From positions 2,080,001-2,144,000 of the forward strand of contig CP182352.1 of assembly GCA_048571215.1 (NCBI GenBank): a stretch of 64,000 bases of DNA, written 5' to 3'. A program made the position numbers and the translations under genes. Below, piece after piece: positions 10,924 to 21,846 of the stretch. Each line of letters opens with the position of its first letter. The stretch's first letter is position 1. This DNA comes from Halarcobacter sp. Its GTDB lineage: Bacteria > Campylobacterota > Campylobacteria > Campylobacterales > Arcobacteraceae. The notes beneath the pieces were generated by a model. It saw nothing but the letters and a program-made list of their open reading frames with translations. It was not told the DNA's origin and did not search any database.

Positions 10924-11403
10924 TTATTTGTTTTCTCCTGTTATTAATTCTAAATTTTTAAAGTAATCTTTTACATAAGTATGAACTTCATTTGATTTTA
11001 AGAGTTCATCTATTGTAAACCAATTATATTCACTATGTTGCTCTTTGGGAAGATTTATTAACTCATCTTTTAATTCTAATAAATATCCATGATTTGCATA
11101 GTGCGTTGAGATATTTTCAAATATACTATCTTCATAAAAGTGTTCAAATACTCCTAAAAATTTTACTTTATTAATATCTATTATTATACCTAATTCATTT
11201 TTGCTGATACGTTTGATAGCATCTTTAAATGATTCATTTTTTCTTACAATTCCACCTGTAGTAAACCAAAAATCTTTTGCTGGTTTATTTACTCGTTTAC
11301 CTAATAGAACTTTATCTTTATACATTGTAATCAAATCAATAGATATAAGTGGTGTATGTTCTACGACTACTTTAAATTGTTCTTTTGGTATAAGTTTACT
11401 CAT
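10924..11403 (-). CDS. gmm: GDP-mannose mannosyl hydrolase (Nudix fold)
   Basis: [41 protein letters not shown]. Confidence 0.9.
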   Translation of the reverse strand: MSKLIPKEQFKVVVEHTPLISIDLITMYKDKVLLGKRVNKPAKDFWFTTGGIVRKNESFKDAIKRISKNELGIIIDINKVKFLGVFEHFYEDSIFENISTHYANHGYLLELKDELINLPKEQHSEYNWFTIDELLKSNEVHTYVKDYFKNLELITGENK

Positions 11404-12848
11404 AAAATAATCTTTTTTATACTAGATAAAACTTGCTTCACTAAACTATCAGAAAGCTCTTGACTATTGGTTTCTACATAACATCTTAATTCTGGAGCAT
11501 TACCTGATGGTCTTAAGTGTATGATATTATCATTATCAAGTGTAATTCTTAATCCATCTATTTGATTTATATCTACTACTTTTTCTTCTATTTTAAACTG
11601 TTTTAATAAAGATTCAGGGGCTGAAGCACCAATTTCAATAAGCTTCATACTATTAACTCTTGGAAACTCTTGTATTCTATCACTTGAAGTAAATCTTTGT
11701 GGTAAGTTTTCTACTAGTTTTGATAAGGTTGTTTGCTCTTTAACTGTATTGCTAGCTAATACAATAAAAGGTAGTAGTGCATCTCTTGTTGGTAAAGCAT
11801 CTAGTATATTTCCATTTTGATTTAAAGTTGAACCTAAAAGAAAACCACCATTTGCTTCAAATCCTGCAAAGGATTTATATGCCTGGGACAAATCACCAGT
11901 TCCAGAAGTTTTTAACTTTTCAAAAGCTTCTATCACATAAGGTGATCCTATTTTAGTTCTAAAAGTTTTTTTAAAAAGATTTGATTTTTCAATAGCTGTA
12001 TTACAACTAACTGGAACTGCTAATGCTTCTATATCTAGAAGATTAGAAGTTAAAAGGCCTACTATATCACCTCTTAGCCAATTACCATTTTCATCTGATA
12101 TTAAAGGTCTATCACCGTCTCCATCTGTTGAGAATATCATATCAAAGCTATATTCTTTTACCCAGTCTTTTGCTCTTTTTTTATCTATATTAGCAACTGC
12201 TTCAGTATCTATTGGAACAAAGTCATCAGATCTACCTAATGAGGTTACATGTGCACCTAAAGATTTAAAAAGATTCGCATATAAATCTCTTCCTGCACTT
12301 GAGTGTTCATAGATACCAATTTTAAGATTGGACAAACATTTATCTCCAAAAAAGTTTGCATATCTATTCATATAGTTTTGTGAAGCTTTATTATTAATTT
12401 TAGGTAGATTACTTTTTACAAGTTTTATTTGCTTTTGATTATTTACAATATCTTTTTCATCAACTTTTAATATTTCTCCAAGGGGGCTATAAAACTTAAT
12501 ACCATTTCTATCATATGGAATATGACTACCTGTTATCATAATAGATGGATTACTTTCACTCATAGCTTGTAATGCAAGAGCAGGTGTTGGTAGTACACCA
12601 TAAAAGTCTACTCCAAATTCACTGTCTTCAATAACACCACATACAAAAGCAGATATATCAGGACTACTTTGACGATTATCCATAGCGACAGATACTTTTT
12701 TAAAATTAAATCTACTTTTCATAGCATCTAGAAAAGATAATGTAAAAGCGGTACAAACTTCTTGTGTAAAATCACTTACTAATCCTCTTGCACCGCTAGT
12801 ACCAAATTTTATACCACTTTGTTCAATAATTTCTTTTATATTTGACAT
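11400..12848 (-). CDS. manB: Phosphomannomutase
   Basis: FGTSGARG, ITGSH, DGDGDR, GFEANGG, LRPSGNAPE. Confidence 0.95.
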   Translation of the reverse strand: MSNIKEIIEQSGIKFGTSGARGLVSDFTQEVCTAFTLSFLDAMKSRFNFKKVSVAMDNRQSSPDISAFVCGVIEDSEFGVDFYGVLPTPALALQAMSESNPSIMITGSHIPYDRNGIKFYSPLGEILKVDEKDIVNNQKQIKLVKSNLPKINNKASQNYMNRYANFFGDKCLSNLKIGIYEHSSAGRDLYANLFKSLGAHVTSLGRSDDFVPIDTEAVANIDKKRAKDWVKEYSFDMIFSTDGDGDRPLISDENGNWLRGDIVGLLTSNLLDIEALAVPVSCNTAIEKSNLFKKTFRTKIGSPYVIEAFEKLKTSGTGDLSQAYKSFAGFEANGGFLLGSTLNQNGNILDALPTRDALLPFIVLASNTVKEQTTLSKLVENLPQRFTSSDRIQEFPRVNSMKLIEIGASAPESLLKQFKIEEKVVDINQIDGLRITLDNDNIIHLRPSGNAPELRCYVETNSQELSDSLVKQVLSSIKKIIL

Positions 12849-12851
12849 ATA

Positions 12852-14231
12852 TTAATTTCTCTTAAAGTCATCATCAAGTCTAACAATATCATCTTCACCT
12901 GTATATTCTCCAACTTGTGCTTCTATTAATACTACTGGTATTTTACCCTCATTTGATAGTCTATGAACTTCTCCCATTTTTATATAAGTACTTTCATTTG
13001 GTCTTACTGTAAAGGTTTTTTCTCCTACTGTTACTGTTGCTGTTCCACTTACTACTATCCAGTGTTCATTTCTATGGAAATGTTTTTGCAAAGACAATCT
13101 TGAGTTTGGTTTTACTTCTATTCTTTTTATTTTATAACCAGGGCTATCTTCTAGTACAGTATATGTTCCCCATGGTCTATGACCTGTTAAATGTATATTA
13201 TGTAGTTCAGAGTTTGATTCTTTTAATTTTTCTACTACTTTTTTTACTTTTTGACTAGAACCTTTTTTTGATACTAAAAGGGCATCTCCTGTATCTACTA
13301 CTATTAAATCTTCTACATCTATTGTAGCTATTGTTCTTTCATCACCATAAACTAAATTATTTGATGAGTCTATTGAGATATGATTAGGGTTTTGTGTATT
13401 ATTGTTTTCATCTTTTGGAAGTTCATCATATAGTGAATCAAAGCTTCCCAAGTCTGACCAATTTATATCAGATGGAATTACTTTTACTTTATTTGATTTT
13501 TCCATTACTGCATAATCAATTGAATCCTCTGGAATATTTATCATATCATCATGGGTAATTCTTAGTTGATTATTTGCTATCTTTTGTTTATTTTCAAAAG
13601 CTATTTTAGAAGTTTCATAGATATTTGAAGAGTATTTTTTTAATTCATCTAAAAATACCCCTGCTTTAAAGCAAAACATTCCAGAGTTCCAGTAATAACT
13701 TTTCTCTTCTAAATATCTTTTTGCAGTATCTAAATCTGGTTTTTCATGGAAAGCTTTTACATCATCTTTATTTTCACTCTCAATATATCCATATCCAATT
13801 TCTGCATATGTTGGAGTTATACCAAAGGTTACTAAATAATTTTCTTGAGCTAATTGTTTTGCTTGTTTTACAACTTTTTCATATTCTATTTCATTTTTTA
13901 TTAGATGATCACTTGGGGTAACTAAAACTAATTCTTCAGGGTCTAGGGCTAAACAAGCCAAAGCTATTGCTGGTGCTGTATTTCTTCCTACTGGTTCTAG
14001 AAGACACAAATTATCATTTTTATTTAATTCAGCTAATTGATCTACTGCTAGAAAATATTGTTCTATATTTGAAACAATTAATTGCTTATCACAAGTTATT
14101 GAATTTCTTTGAACTGTTAATTGGAATAATGATTTATTATCAAACAATTTTACAAACTGTTTTGGCATAAGGCTTCTACTTATTGGCCACAATCTTGTTC
14201 CACTTCCTCCGCATAGGATTAGGTTTGTCAT
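12852..14231 (-). CDS. manC: Mannose-1-phosphate guanylyltransferase / mannose-6-phosphate isomerase
   Basis: GGSGTRLWP, EPVGRNTAPA, SIDYAVMEK, C-terminal cupin HRPWG...HRNEHW. Confidence 0.97.
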   Translation of the reverse strand: MTNLILCGGSGTRLWPISRSLMPKQFVKLFDNKSLFQLTVQRNSITCDKQLIVSNIEQYFLAVDQLAELNKNDNLCLLEPVGRNTAPAIALACLALDPEELVLVTPSDHLIKNEIEYEKVVKQAKQLAQENYLVTFGITPTYAEIGYGYIESENKDDVKAFHEKPDLDTAKRYLEEKSYYWNSGMFCFKAGVFLDELKKYSSNIYETSKIAFENKQKIANNQLRITHDDMINIPEDSIDYAVMEKSNKVKVIPSDINWSDLGSFDSLYDELPKDENNNTQNPNHISIDSSNNLVYGDERTIATIDVEDLIVVDTGDALLVSKKGSSQKVKKVVEKLKESNSELHNIHLTGHRPWGTYTVLEDSPGYKIKRIEVKPNSRLSLQKHFHRNEHWIVVSGTATVTVGEKTFTVRPNESTYIKMGEVHRLSNEGKIPVVLIEAQVGEYTGEDDIVRLDDDFKRN

Positions 14232-14244
14232 CTTTTATTTCCTT

Positions 14245-15474
14245 TTAACTATCACTATTAAAAATATCTCTAGTAAAGATTTTATCTTTTACATCTCGGA
14301 TATTATCACTTAATCTATTTGTAACTATTACATCTGAAATAGATTTAAATTTATCTAAGTCTTTTATTACTCTTGAGTTAAAAAATTCATCATCTTTTAA
14401 ATTTGGCTCATAAACTACTACTTCTATACCTTTTGCTTTTATTCTTTTCATTATACCTTGAATGGCAGAACTTCTAAAGTTATCAGAACCTTCTTTCATT
14501 ACAAGCCTGTGAATTCCTACAATTTTTTTAGTTTTTACATTATCTGTCATTTTAAAATTTAATTTTTCGATAATTGATTTAGCAATAAAATCTTTTCTAG
14601 TATTATTTGCATTTACTATTGCTTCTATCATATTTGATGGTACATCTTCATAGTTAGCTAAAAGTTGTTTTGTATCTTTTGGTAAACAATAACCACCATA
14701 TCCAAAGCTTGGATTATTGTAATGCATTCCTATTCTAGGATCCAATCCAACACCTTTTATAATTTGTTCTGTATTTAAGTTGTGAGATTGTGCGTATGAG
14801 TCTAACTCATTGAAATATGCTACTCTCATTGCTAGATATGTATTAGCAAACAATTTTATAGCTTCCGCTTCAGTAGAATCAGTAAATAAAATATCTATAT
14901 TTTTTTTGATAGCACCTTGAGCTAATAAACTTGCAAATACATTTGCTCTTTTTGATTGTTCACCAACTATTATTCTACTTGGATATAGATTATCATAAAG
15001 TGCTTTTCCTTCTCTTAAAAACTCAGGAGAGAATATAATATTTTCAGTGTTAAATTTGTCTCTTATAGTTTTTGTATATCCTACTGGAATTGTTGATTTT
15101 ATCACCATAGTTGTATTTGGATTTATCTGCAATACATCTTGCACTACATACTCTATACTTTTTGTATTAAAGTAGTTTGTTTCAGGGTCATAATCAGTTG
15201 GGGTTGAAATAATTACAAAATCAGCATTTTCATAAGCTTCTTTTTTATCTAATGTTGCTCTAAAGTTTATATCATCTCTTATTAAGTATTTTTCTATCTC
15301 TTTATCTTCTATAGGAGATACTTTTTTATTAATTAGTTCTACTTTTTCTGGAATAATATCTAATGCTACCACTTCATTATTTTGTGCCAAAAGCAAGCCA
15401 TTTGATAACCCTACATATCCTGTTCCCGCAATTGCTATTTTATACGAATTATTCTCTAACATTTTATCTTTCAT
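14245..15474 (-). CDS. ugd: UDP-glucose 6-dehydrogenase
   Basis: [26 protein letters not shown]. Confidence 0.95.
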   Translation of the reverse strand: MKDKMLENNSYKIAIAGTGYVGLSNGLLLAQNNEVVALDIIPEKVELINKKVSPIEDKEIEKYLIRDDINFRATLDKKEAYENADFVIISTPTDYDPETNYFNTKSIEYVVQDVLQINPNTTMVIKSTIPVGYTKTIRDKFNTENIIFSPEFLREGKALYDNLYPSRIIVGEQSKRANVFASLLAQGAIKKNIDILFTDSTEAEAIKLFANTYLAMRVAYFNELDSYAQSHNLNTEQIIKGVGLDPRIGMHYNNPSFGYGGYCLPKDTKQLLANYEDVPSNMIEAIVNANNTRKDFIAKSIIEKLNFKMTDNVKTKKIVGIHRLVMKEGSDNFRSSAIQGIMKRIKAKGIEVVVYEPNLKDDEFFNSRVIKDLDKFKSISDVIVTNRLSDNIRDVKDKIFTRDIFNSDS

Positions 15475-15506
15475 TCTTAGTTATTATGTTTTAATTAAAG
15501 TGAAGG

Positions 15507-15515
15507 ATTATAACA
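15507..15515 (-). promoter_or_regulatory. Putative extended -10 promoter (TGtTATAAT) for the ugd-led operon
   Basis: Minus strand reads tgttataat, ~33 nt upstream of the ugd ATG. Confidence 0.55.
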
Positions 15516-15585
15516 AATTTTTTTATAAAATATCCTTATAACAGAAAGTGTATTGATGAGTTTAAATTAATGTGATAATTTGATG

Positions 15586-15614
15586 ATAAATAAGAAGAAA
15601 ATCTTCTTATTTAT
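15586..15614 (-). terminator. Hairpin after the yjbE-like gene
   Basis: ataaataagaaga-aaa-tcttcttatttat, a perfect 13-bp inverted repeat abutting the stop codon. Confidence 0.65.
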
Positions 15615-16042
15615 TAGTGATGTGAGTGAGTTGTAGTTGATCCACCTGAAGCACCTATTGCTACTGCTGTTAAAACAGCTGCTGCTGCTGCAGTTAATGT
15701 ACCAGTAGAAATAGCTGCTGTAGCTGCTGCTACACTAACACCTTGTGCTTCAAGTGCTGCTGCAACTTGTGGATTGTTTGTCATAATAGTAACTATTTTA
15801 GAGATATTAGCTGCTTGAGTTGCTGTAACTGTTGTACCAGCTTCTGCCCCAACTACATCTAAACCACTTGCTTTTAGTTCTCCAACTAAACCTTGAACTT
15901 GACTTAACTCTTCAGCTGTTAGCTTTGCAATATTTTGTTTAACAATTGTAGCCGCTTGTGCTGCTGTAACTGCCTCTGCAAATACAGAAGTTGTTAAAAG
16001 TGTAACCACTGATAATGACGCGATAAATTTTGAAAATTTCAT
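15614..16042 (-). CDS. Small secreted Ala/Thr-rich protein, YjbE/GfcA-like
   Basis: Signal peptide MKFSKFIASLSVVTLLTTSVFA (ATG 16042, SD AAAGGG); C-terminal AAAAAVLTAVAIGASGGSTTTHSHH; adjacent to yjbH; own TATAAT at 16076-16081. Confidence 0.65.
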   Translation of the reverse strand: MKFSKFIASLSVVTLLTTSVFAEAVTAAQAATIVKQNIAKLTAEELSQVQGLVGELKASGLDVVGAEAGTTVTATQAANISKIVTIMTNNPQVAAALEAQGVSVAAATAAISTGTLTAAAAAVLTAVAIGASGGSTTTHSHH

Positions 16043-16103
16043 ACTCAATTCCCTTTAGTGTTTTTATTTTGTAATATTATACCTAATTTTTTTTTAAATC
16101 TAA

Positions 16104-18224
16104 CTAATCTTTTAATTTTTCTATATATTTTTTCATTATTTGAGTATTGTTTTCATTACTATTTAACTTATATAACTCATATGAACTTCCTGCATATTGC
16201 CCCACATCTCTAGTCCATGGGCTTATTCCATAATCTAAAATTCCTTTTAAATTTTTATATGTAAAAACCTCTAAAGGTACCTTTAGATATATCCCTTTGT
16301 CTATGTAACCTTTGTTCTGAGAATTTGTAAATACTTCATTTGAGTTGGTAAATGTTGTAAATGCACCAAGAGTGAAGTTCTTATAACTTCTTGTAATATC
16401 TACTCGCACACCTCTATCTCCAGCTAAAAACTCTCCATACTTTAATCCTAAAAAGATATTGTATTTAGGAGAGATTAAAAAAGAGGCATTTATAAATTTG
16501 GCATCATAAGTATTATCATTATAAACTTCAAAAAGGTTATCCACAACTCTTTTTTTCATCTTTTGGTATTGTAAACCTAAGCTAACTCTTTCATCAAAAA
16601 AGCTTTTCGCAACTTCTAAATCAATACCTGCAAAAGCATAATCAAAATATCCTAATTCGATTTTTCCTAAAGAATTGAAAGGAAGATTTCGTACATAAGT
16701 TAAAGTTAGTTTTTCTAACTGGGTATCATCATATTTAAAATAGTCAATCATACCAGATCTTATAGATAATCTATCATTTGTTTCTAAAGATGAACTTGGA
16801 ATTTCATCTATGTTATTATAAATTGGCTGTTCTAGGTTCCCATTTATATAAAATCCATTTCCGAGATCCACATCAACTTTTGCTTGAACTGATACTTTCA
16901 TAGCAAGAGGTTTGTCTGGACTATTTAAATATGTTTTAAACTTAGGACCAACATAATATTCAAATCTATGAAAACCATTTTTTTCTGTCTTATAAACCTT
17001 TTTGCCTTCACTAAACTCTTCATGTAACTTTTCACTGTTATTATCTATAACAATAGCCTTTTTCATATAGCTATTACTTAATTTATAGTTTTCAAATAGA
17101 TTGAACTCTTTTCTATTAACTTTGATAGTTTTTAGTTTGGCATTTTTGTCTTTTAAGGTCATATAAATAGTTTCATAGTTTTCAGGAGCAACTTCATCTA
17201 TCGTTGATATAGCTCGTCCTAAAGCTTGTAAATCATTGTTATATCTACTATTATCTATCTCAGCCCAAATTTTGTTTTTATATACAGAAGTTTGAACATC
17301 TCTAAAATTTTCTGCTGCTACTTCATTTGCTAATTTATCACTTAGCTCTTTTTCACTTAAGTTTTTATACTCTTCTTTCTTTTTAAAGTCAGCTTTCCAT
17401 TTTGGATCAGGTGTATGTTCAAAAGCGCCTGTCCTATCAAAACCAAATTGATAGTTATATCCAAAAGAAAAAGTATTCCCCCTCTGATAAGATAAAGTTA
17501 AACTAGAGTTATCAGATACCTTATATTTTGCACCAAAGTTAAAATTTGAATCTGGTAATTCATACTTATCTCCACTAGTAAAAGGATTAACTTTGTCTTT
17601 TTTATAATCAATCGATGAATACTCTGCCATAATAGACAAATCAGGTGTAGCATGGAAAACTACACTTCCAAAAGGTTTTCCACCCATAAGGTCAGTATCT
17701 TTCATAAAGTTAAAAGCACTGTTACTACTACTGCCAGAATTAGAACCAGATTTTGAAACTATTTTTTCACCTCCTAGTCTTCCTTTAGCATAACCTATAG
17801 TAAAATCAAAATATGAGATAGTCTTTGAAGCCACTAAGTATTTTGAAGTATATAAAGCTGTTCCCCAGATATCATCTCCACCTATTGCAATAGCTGGTAA
17901 TATATCTGTTTCTTCATTTAATAATAACTTTACATTGAGTGCTTTATCTTTATAGTCTCCATACCCTGATGAGTTTGCAAAACCTGCTACTCCATCAAGT
18001 TGAGTCACATGAAAATTAGCTTCCAAAAAAGGTAATGGTGTTCCACCAAATCCATAATAAGTATATGGTTTGTCCATATTGAAAAAAACTCTCATGTGCC
18101 AGTCAGGCATTATCCTAGCATTTGGTGTTTCTAATACTCCTGTATTACCATTATATGAAGGTAAGTCATCTGATGCAAAAAGCGTACAAATTACTAAAAT
18201 AAATAAACTAAGCTTTTGCTTCAT
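16104..18224 (-). CDS. yjbH: YjbH/GfcD-family outer-membrane polysaccharide biogenesis protein
   Basis: GNTGVLETPNARIM, YKDK, GEFLAGDRG, DKGIYLKVPL, PWTRDVGQ; signal peptide. Confidence 0.88.
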   Translation of the reverse strand: MKQKLSLFILVICTLFASDDLPSYNGNTGVLETPNARIMPDWHMRVFFNMDKPYTYYGFGGTPLPFLEANFHVTQLDGVAGFANSSGYGDYKDKALNVKLLLNEETDILPAIAIGGDDIWGTALYTSKYLVASKTISYFDFTIGYAKGRLGGEKIVSKSGSNSGSSSNSAFNFMKDTDLMGGKPFGSVVFHATPDLSIMAEYSSIDYKKDKVNPFTSGDKYELPDSNFNFGAKYKVSDNSSLTLSYQRGNTFSFGYNYQFGFDRTGAFEHTPDPKWKADFKKKEEYKNLSEKELSDKLANEVAAENFRDVQTSVYKNKIWAEIDNSRYNNDLQALGRAISTIDEVAPENYETIYMTLKDKNAKLKTIKVNRKEFNLFENYKLSNSYMKKAIVIDNNSEKLHEEFSEGKKVYKTEKNGFHRFEYYVGPKFKTYLNSPDKPLAMKVSVQAKVDVDLGNGFYINGNLEQPIYNNIDEIPSSSLETNDRLSIRSGMIDYFKYDDTQLEKLTLTYVRNLPFNSLGKIELGYFDYAFAGIDLEVAKSFFDERVSLGLQYQKMKKRVVDNLFEVYNDNTYDAKFINASFLISPKYNIFLGLKYGEFLAGDRGVRVDITRSYKNFTLGAFTTFTNSNEVFTNSQNKGYIDKGIYLKVPLEVFTYKNLKGILDYGISPWTRDVGQYAGSSYELYKLNSNENNTQIMKKYIEKLKD

Positions 18225-19146
18225 CTTTATCCTGTCTTATAAATTCATAAAAGAAAACTAAAAATATAGCTAAAATAAAAGATGTTACAAATGACACAAC
18301 TAAAATTAGTCCTCTTTTTGGTTTGGTTTTCTCTTTTATATTTGCCACTCTACTATCTGTAATCTTACTTACAAAGTAGTAATCATTTGCCAAAGAAAAA
18401 ACCTTTTTTTGCATAAGTGAAGATAAAGACTTACTTAACTGCTCTTTTAGTGATACATCATAGGTATTTGCTAATTCTTTGTTATAGTAGATAATTTGTT
18501 TATCTATCTCTTTCATATCTTGCTGTTTTATTTTTTCTATACTTTCATTTAGATAGATGTCTACTAACTGCTTTGCTAAAACTCTATCATTTAGCTCAGC
18601 ACTTAAGGTTATAAGTGAACTTTTTTTATCACTACTTACTGATATTATCTTTTTGAGTTTTAAATATGTATTGAAAATAGTTTGTTCATCACTTTTATCT
18701 TCCAACTCTTTTGCATCTGGTTTAAAAAAATCAAAACCAAAAGCATAGACTAAATTTTTTTGATTTGCTAACTTTTTTGCCAAATCATATTTTTTTATAA
18801 CATAAGAATTAAATTCATAATCTTTTATCATAGTTTGTATCATTACAAAAGGATCTTTTACACTACCTCCACCACCTAATGATATACCAGCAAATGAAGC
18901 TAATGTAGACAATCCACCACCAACTTTATTATTATCACTGCTTTGAGGAGCTAAGATAACTTCTGATTTATACGAATTAGGTATAGACAATACATACCAT
19001 AAAGTACAAAAAGAAACAAGAAACACAAAAATAACAATCTTATACTTGTACTTCAAAATAGTTAGAAACAACTCTTTTAAATCTATCTCATCCTCTTGAA
19101 TTTGATTATGATTTATAGTTTCATCATTTTTTATTAATTCAGACAT
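18208..19146 (-). CDS. wzz: Wzz-family chain-length regulator (polysaccharide co-polymerase, no kinase domain)
   Basis: EDEIDLKELF N-terminus, two terminal TM segments, KPKRGLILVV. Confidence 0.85.
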   Translation of the reverse strand: MSELIKNDETINHNQIQEDEIDLKELFLTILKYKYKIVIFVFLVSFCTLWYVLSIPNSYKSEVILAPQSSDNNKVGGGLSTLASFAGISLGGGGSVKDPFVMIQTMIKDYEFNSYVIKKYDLAKKLANQKNLVYAFGFDFFKPDAKELEDKSDEQTIFNTYLKLKKIISVSSDKKSSLITLSAELNDRVLAKQLVDIYLNESIEKIKQQDMKEIDKQIIYYNKELANTYDVSLKEQLSKSLSSLMQKKVFSLANDYYFVSKITDSRVANIKEKTKPKRGLILVVSFVTSFILAIFLVFFYEFIRQDKDEAKA

Positions 19147-21776
19147 TATAAACTTCCTAGAGTCTTAAGTGATGCTGCTGTTACTGCTATTTGGTATACT
19201 ATTTGCGTAACATCTTTTGCAAAGGCAACATCTGACATAGTATCAAGTTTTACAGGTACTACTATAGTATCTCCTTTGAAGATATCAACACTGTTTTGCC
19301 AAAAGAAGTTTTTCTCGTATTTTACAGCTTCACCATTTGCTTTTACCACATAGATAAACTCATCATCAGCACCAGTTTTTAGTCCACCAGCTTTTGATAT
19401 ATAATCATCTATATCAAGTTTATCATCATATACAAAGGTATTTTGATTTAGTACTTCTCCAACTACTGATACTGTATCATTTATAGACGGTACACTCAAT
19501 ACATCTCCATCTTTTAAGATAATATCATAATTGCTATCTTGGAACCTATTCAAATCATAATAAAGATTTAAAGATACTCTACCTATAGGTCTATTTGCTG
19601 CTGCTTGTTTTTCTAAAGCATTTAAAGTTGCAAGCATTTTTGCTTTATCACCACTATTTTCACCTACTTTATCGGCAGTTAGATTTTCTGAAAACATTTG
19701 CATCTTTAATCTATCTATAGACTCATCAAGTCTCTTTTGCTGCAACTCTTGAACCTCAACTCTTGTAAATACTGCTCCTTCTATAAAAGCATTTGGCAAG
19801 AAACCACCAGCTCTTTGAAGTACACTTGATAGTTTTTCACCATCAACTATAGGGTATTTGCCAGGGAATCTAACTAAACCTTTTAGCTCCACATACATCT
19901 TATCATTCCAATTTACAATTGGGAAAATAGTAATCTCATCATCAGGATGTACTTCAAAATCCATAGCAACTGGATTGTCTAGATTCATAGATAATATTTC
20001 TCTTGTTCTTTCATTTGAATGAACTGTGTACCGTACAATTTCAAACTTTGATTTTAAAGCTTTTTTAGTTAAACCACCAGCTAAGTCTATCATGTCTTTG
20101 ATTTTTACATTATTCGTTATATAATAACTACCAGGGATAAATACTTCACCTTTTATTGTAGCTTTTTCTATTTCATTAACTTTAGAGTATTCAAAAAATG
20201 TTATTTCATCAAATGGTTTTAAACTAAAGCTATTCATCTCTTTTTTTTCAACTAAAATTGTCTGTTTTTTATTATTTTGAATTCTATTAATTTGAATTTT
20301 AGATTTATCTACTCTTATAGAAACTCTACCTTGATCATTTTCTTTTTCAGTTTTAAACTTTACAAAATCAAATAAATCTTTTGCTTTCATTCCATCATAA
20401 AAATCATATTTTCTTTTTATATTATCTACTATCTCACCATTTACATAAAGATAAGGTTTATCTTGCAATTCTTCTTTTTTATAAATAATTATTTTATCTC
20501 TATTATTCAAAGAAATATCTTCTTTACCATCTAATACTTTTTTTAAATTAAAACTTTTTATATTATTATCATTTATTACAACTGCATACTTATAGTTTGT
20601 GTCAAGTTTAAAATAACCTTTTTTACCAAATTTTTTTAATTCGTCTTGTAAAAGAGTTGAAAGTTTTTTATCTTTTGGTATCTCTTTTTCTCCTATTGCA
20701 ACTACATTACCTTTGATTTCAACAAACTTTGCATTTAAATCACTTGTACTATATACATAAATTTCATCCCCATTTTTAGGTTTCATTTTATAAAGTTCAT
20801 TACTTGTAACTGTATAAACCTTTACACTATTATTTTCAAATCTTTTAAGTTTGATAGCATTTTTATTTGCGCTTGCTTTAAAGCCTGAAGCAAAATCTAT
20901 CAAATCACTAAATCTTTCACTATTTTTTAATTCAAATATTGCATTGAAGTTTACACCACCTGTTAGTTTTATCTCTTTATTTATAGGTTTTACTAAAATC
21001 ACATCACCATTTTGAAGTATCTTATCACTATTTGTATCACCATATCTAACTAAGGAATACAAATCAAAAGTGCTTATTGTTTTACCACCTCGTTTTAGTA
21101 GTATATTTCTATATGAACCATTTTCTAGTATGCCACCACTTGAGATAAGTGCATCTTTTATAGTAGAAAATGAAGATAGATTTATAATCCCTGGGTTTGA
21201 CACAAGACCAGAAACAGTAACTTGGATAGAGGTAAACTCTGTCATATCTACTAAAATATTTGTACTATTTGGATAAGCTTTTTTTGTTTCTGCAAGAATC
21301 AACTCTTTTGTATCAGAAAAATTCAGTCCAATAACTTTTTTTTCTCCAACTTGAGGAAGTGTTATATTACCATTTTTATCTACTTGTAATACAAAGTTTT
21401 CATTTGTAGCCCCATATATAGTTAGGGTCATTTTATCCCCAAAATTTAGTTTATAGTTTGAGGGAGTAGGGATAGAGTAAGGGTTTATTTTATTTTTATT
21501 ATTAAAAAAATGTGAAGCGTATCTTTTTATATCTTTTGAGGTTTTATCTTTGTTATTTGCTAGTTTGAAAAGATTGTTAGCTTTATCATCTATATTATTT
21601 TCAACTTTTTGTTCAGCTGGGACTTTTTCTACTTTTTGTTCTGTTTTAGATATCTGTTCATTTATCTGACTTTCACTTATACCAGCAGCTTTTGCCATAT
21701 CCAACTGTTCTTGACTTAAACTTACTGAAAACAGTAAGGTTAGAGAGATTAATAATAAAGAGACTACTCTTATCAT
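19146..21776 (-). CDS. Multi-SLBB polysaccharide export protein (KpsD/OtnA-like)
   Basis: Signal peptide; poly_export-like YKLNFGD...VDKNGNITLP; repeated GEV..PG.Y and AGG SLBB motifs; 876 aa. Confidence 0.88.
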   Translation of the reverse strand: MIRVVSLLLISLTLLFSVSLSQEQLDMAKAAGISESQINEQISKTEQKVEKVPAEQKVENNIDDKANNLFKLANNKDKTSKDIKRYASHFFNNKNKINPYSIPTPSNYKLNFGDKMTLTIYGATNENFVLQVDKNGNITLPQVGEKKVIGLNFSDTKELILAETKKAYPNSTNILVDMTEFTSIQVTVSGLVSNPGIINLSSFSTIKDALISSGGILENGSYRNILLKRGGKTISTFDLYSLVRYGDTNSDKILQNGDVILVKPINKEIKLTGGVNFNAIFELKNSERFSDLIDFASGFKASANKNAIKLKRFENNSVKVYTVTSNELYKMKPKNGDEIYVYSTSDLNAKFVEIKGNVVAIGEKEIPKDKKLSTLLQDELKKFGKKGYFKLDTNYKYAVVINDNNIKSFNLKKVLDGKEDISLNNRDKIIIYKKEELQDKPYLYVNGEIVDNIKRKYDFYDGMKAKDLFDFVKFKTEKENDQGRVSIRVDKSKIQINRIQNNKKQTILVEKKEMNSFSLKPFDEITFFEYSKVNEIEKATIKGEVFIPGSYYITNNVKIKDMIDLAGGLTKKALKSKFEIVRYTVHSNERTREILSMNLDNPVAMDFEVHPDDEITIFPIVNWNDKMYVELKGLVRFPGKYPIVDGEKLSSVLQRAGGFLPNAFIEGAVFTRVEVQELQQKRLDESIDRLKMQMFSENLTADKVGENSGDKAKMLATLNALEKQAAANRPIGRVSLNLYYDLNRFQDSNYDIILKDGDVLSVPSINDTVSVVGEVLNQNTFVYDDKLDIDDYISKAGGLKTGADDEFIYVVKANGEAVKYEKNFFWQNSVDIFKGDTIVVPVKLDTMSDVAFAKDVTQIVYQIAVTAASLKTLGSL

Positions 21777-21846
21777 ATAAACACCTTTTAATAGTTTTTA
21801 AAATGCTAAGATTTTATCTAAATAATAATAAATATTTTATAAGTTA

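Noticed and set aside
14520..14570. Apparent ~10-aa insertion in Ugd (and a similar loop in ManC at ~13553-13580) as further heptamer arrays
   Set aside because: 7-bp periodicity is too degenerate to distinguish from AT-rich noise without an alignment
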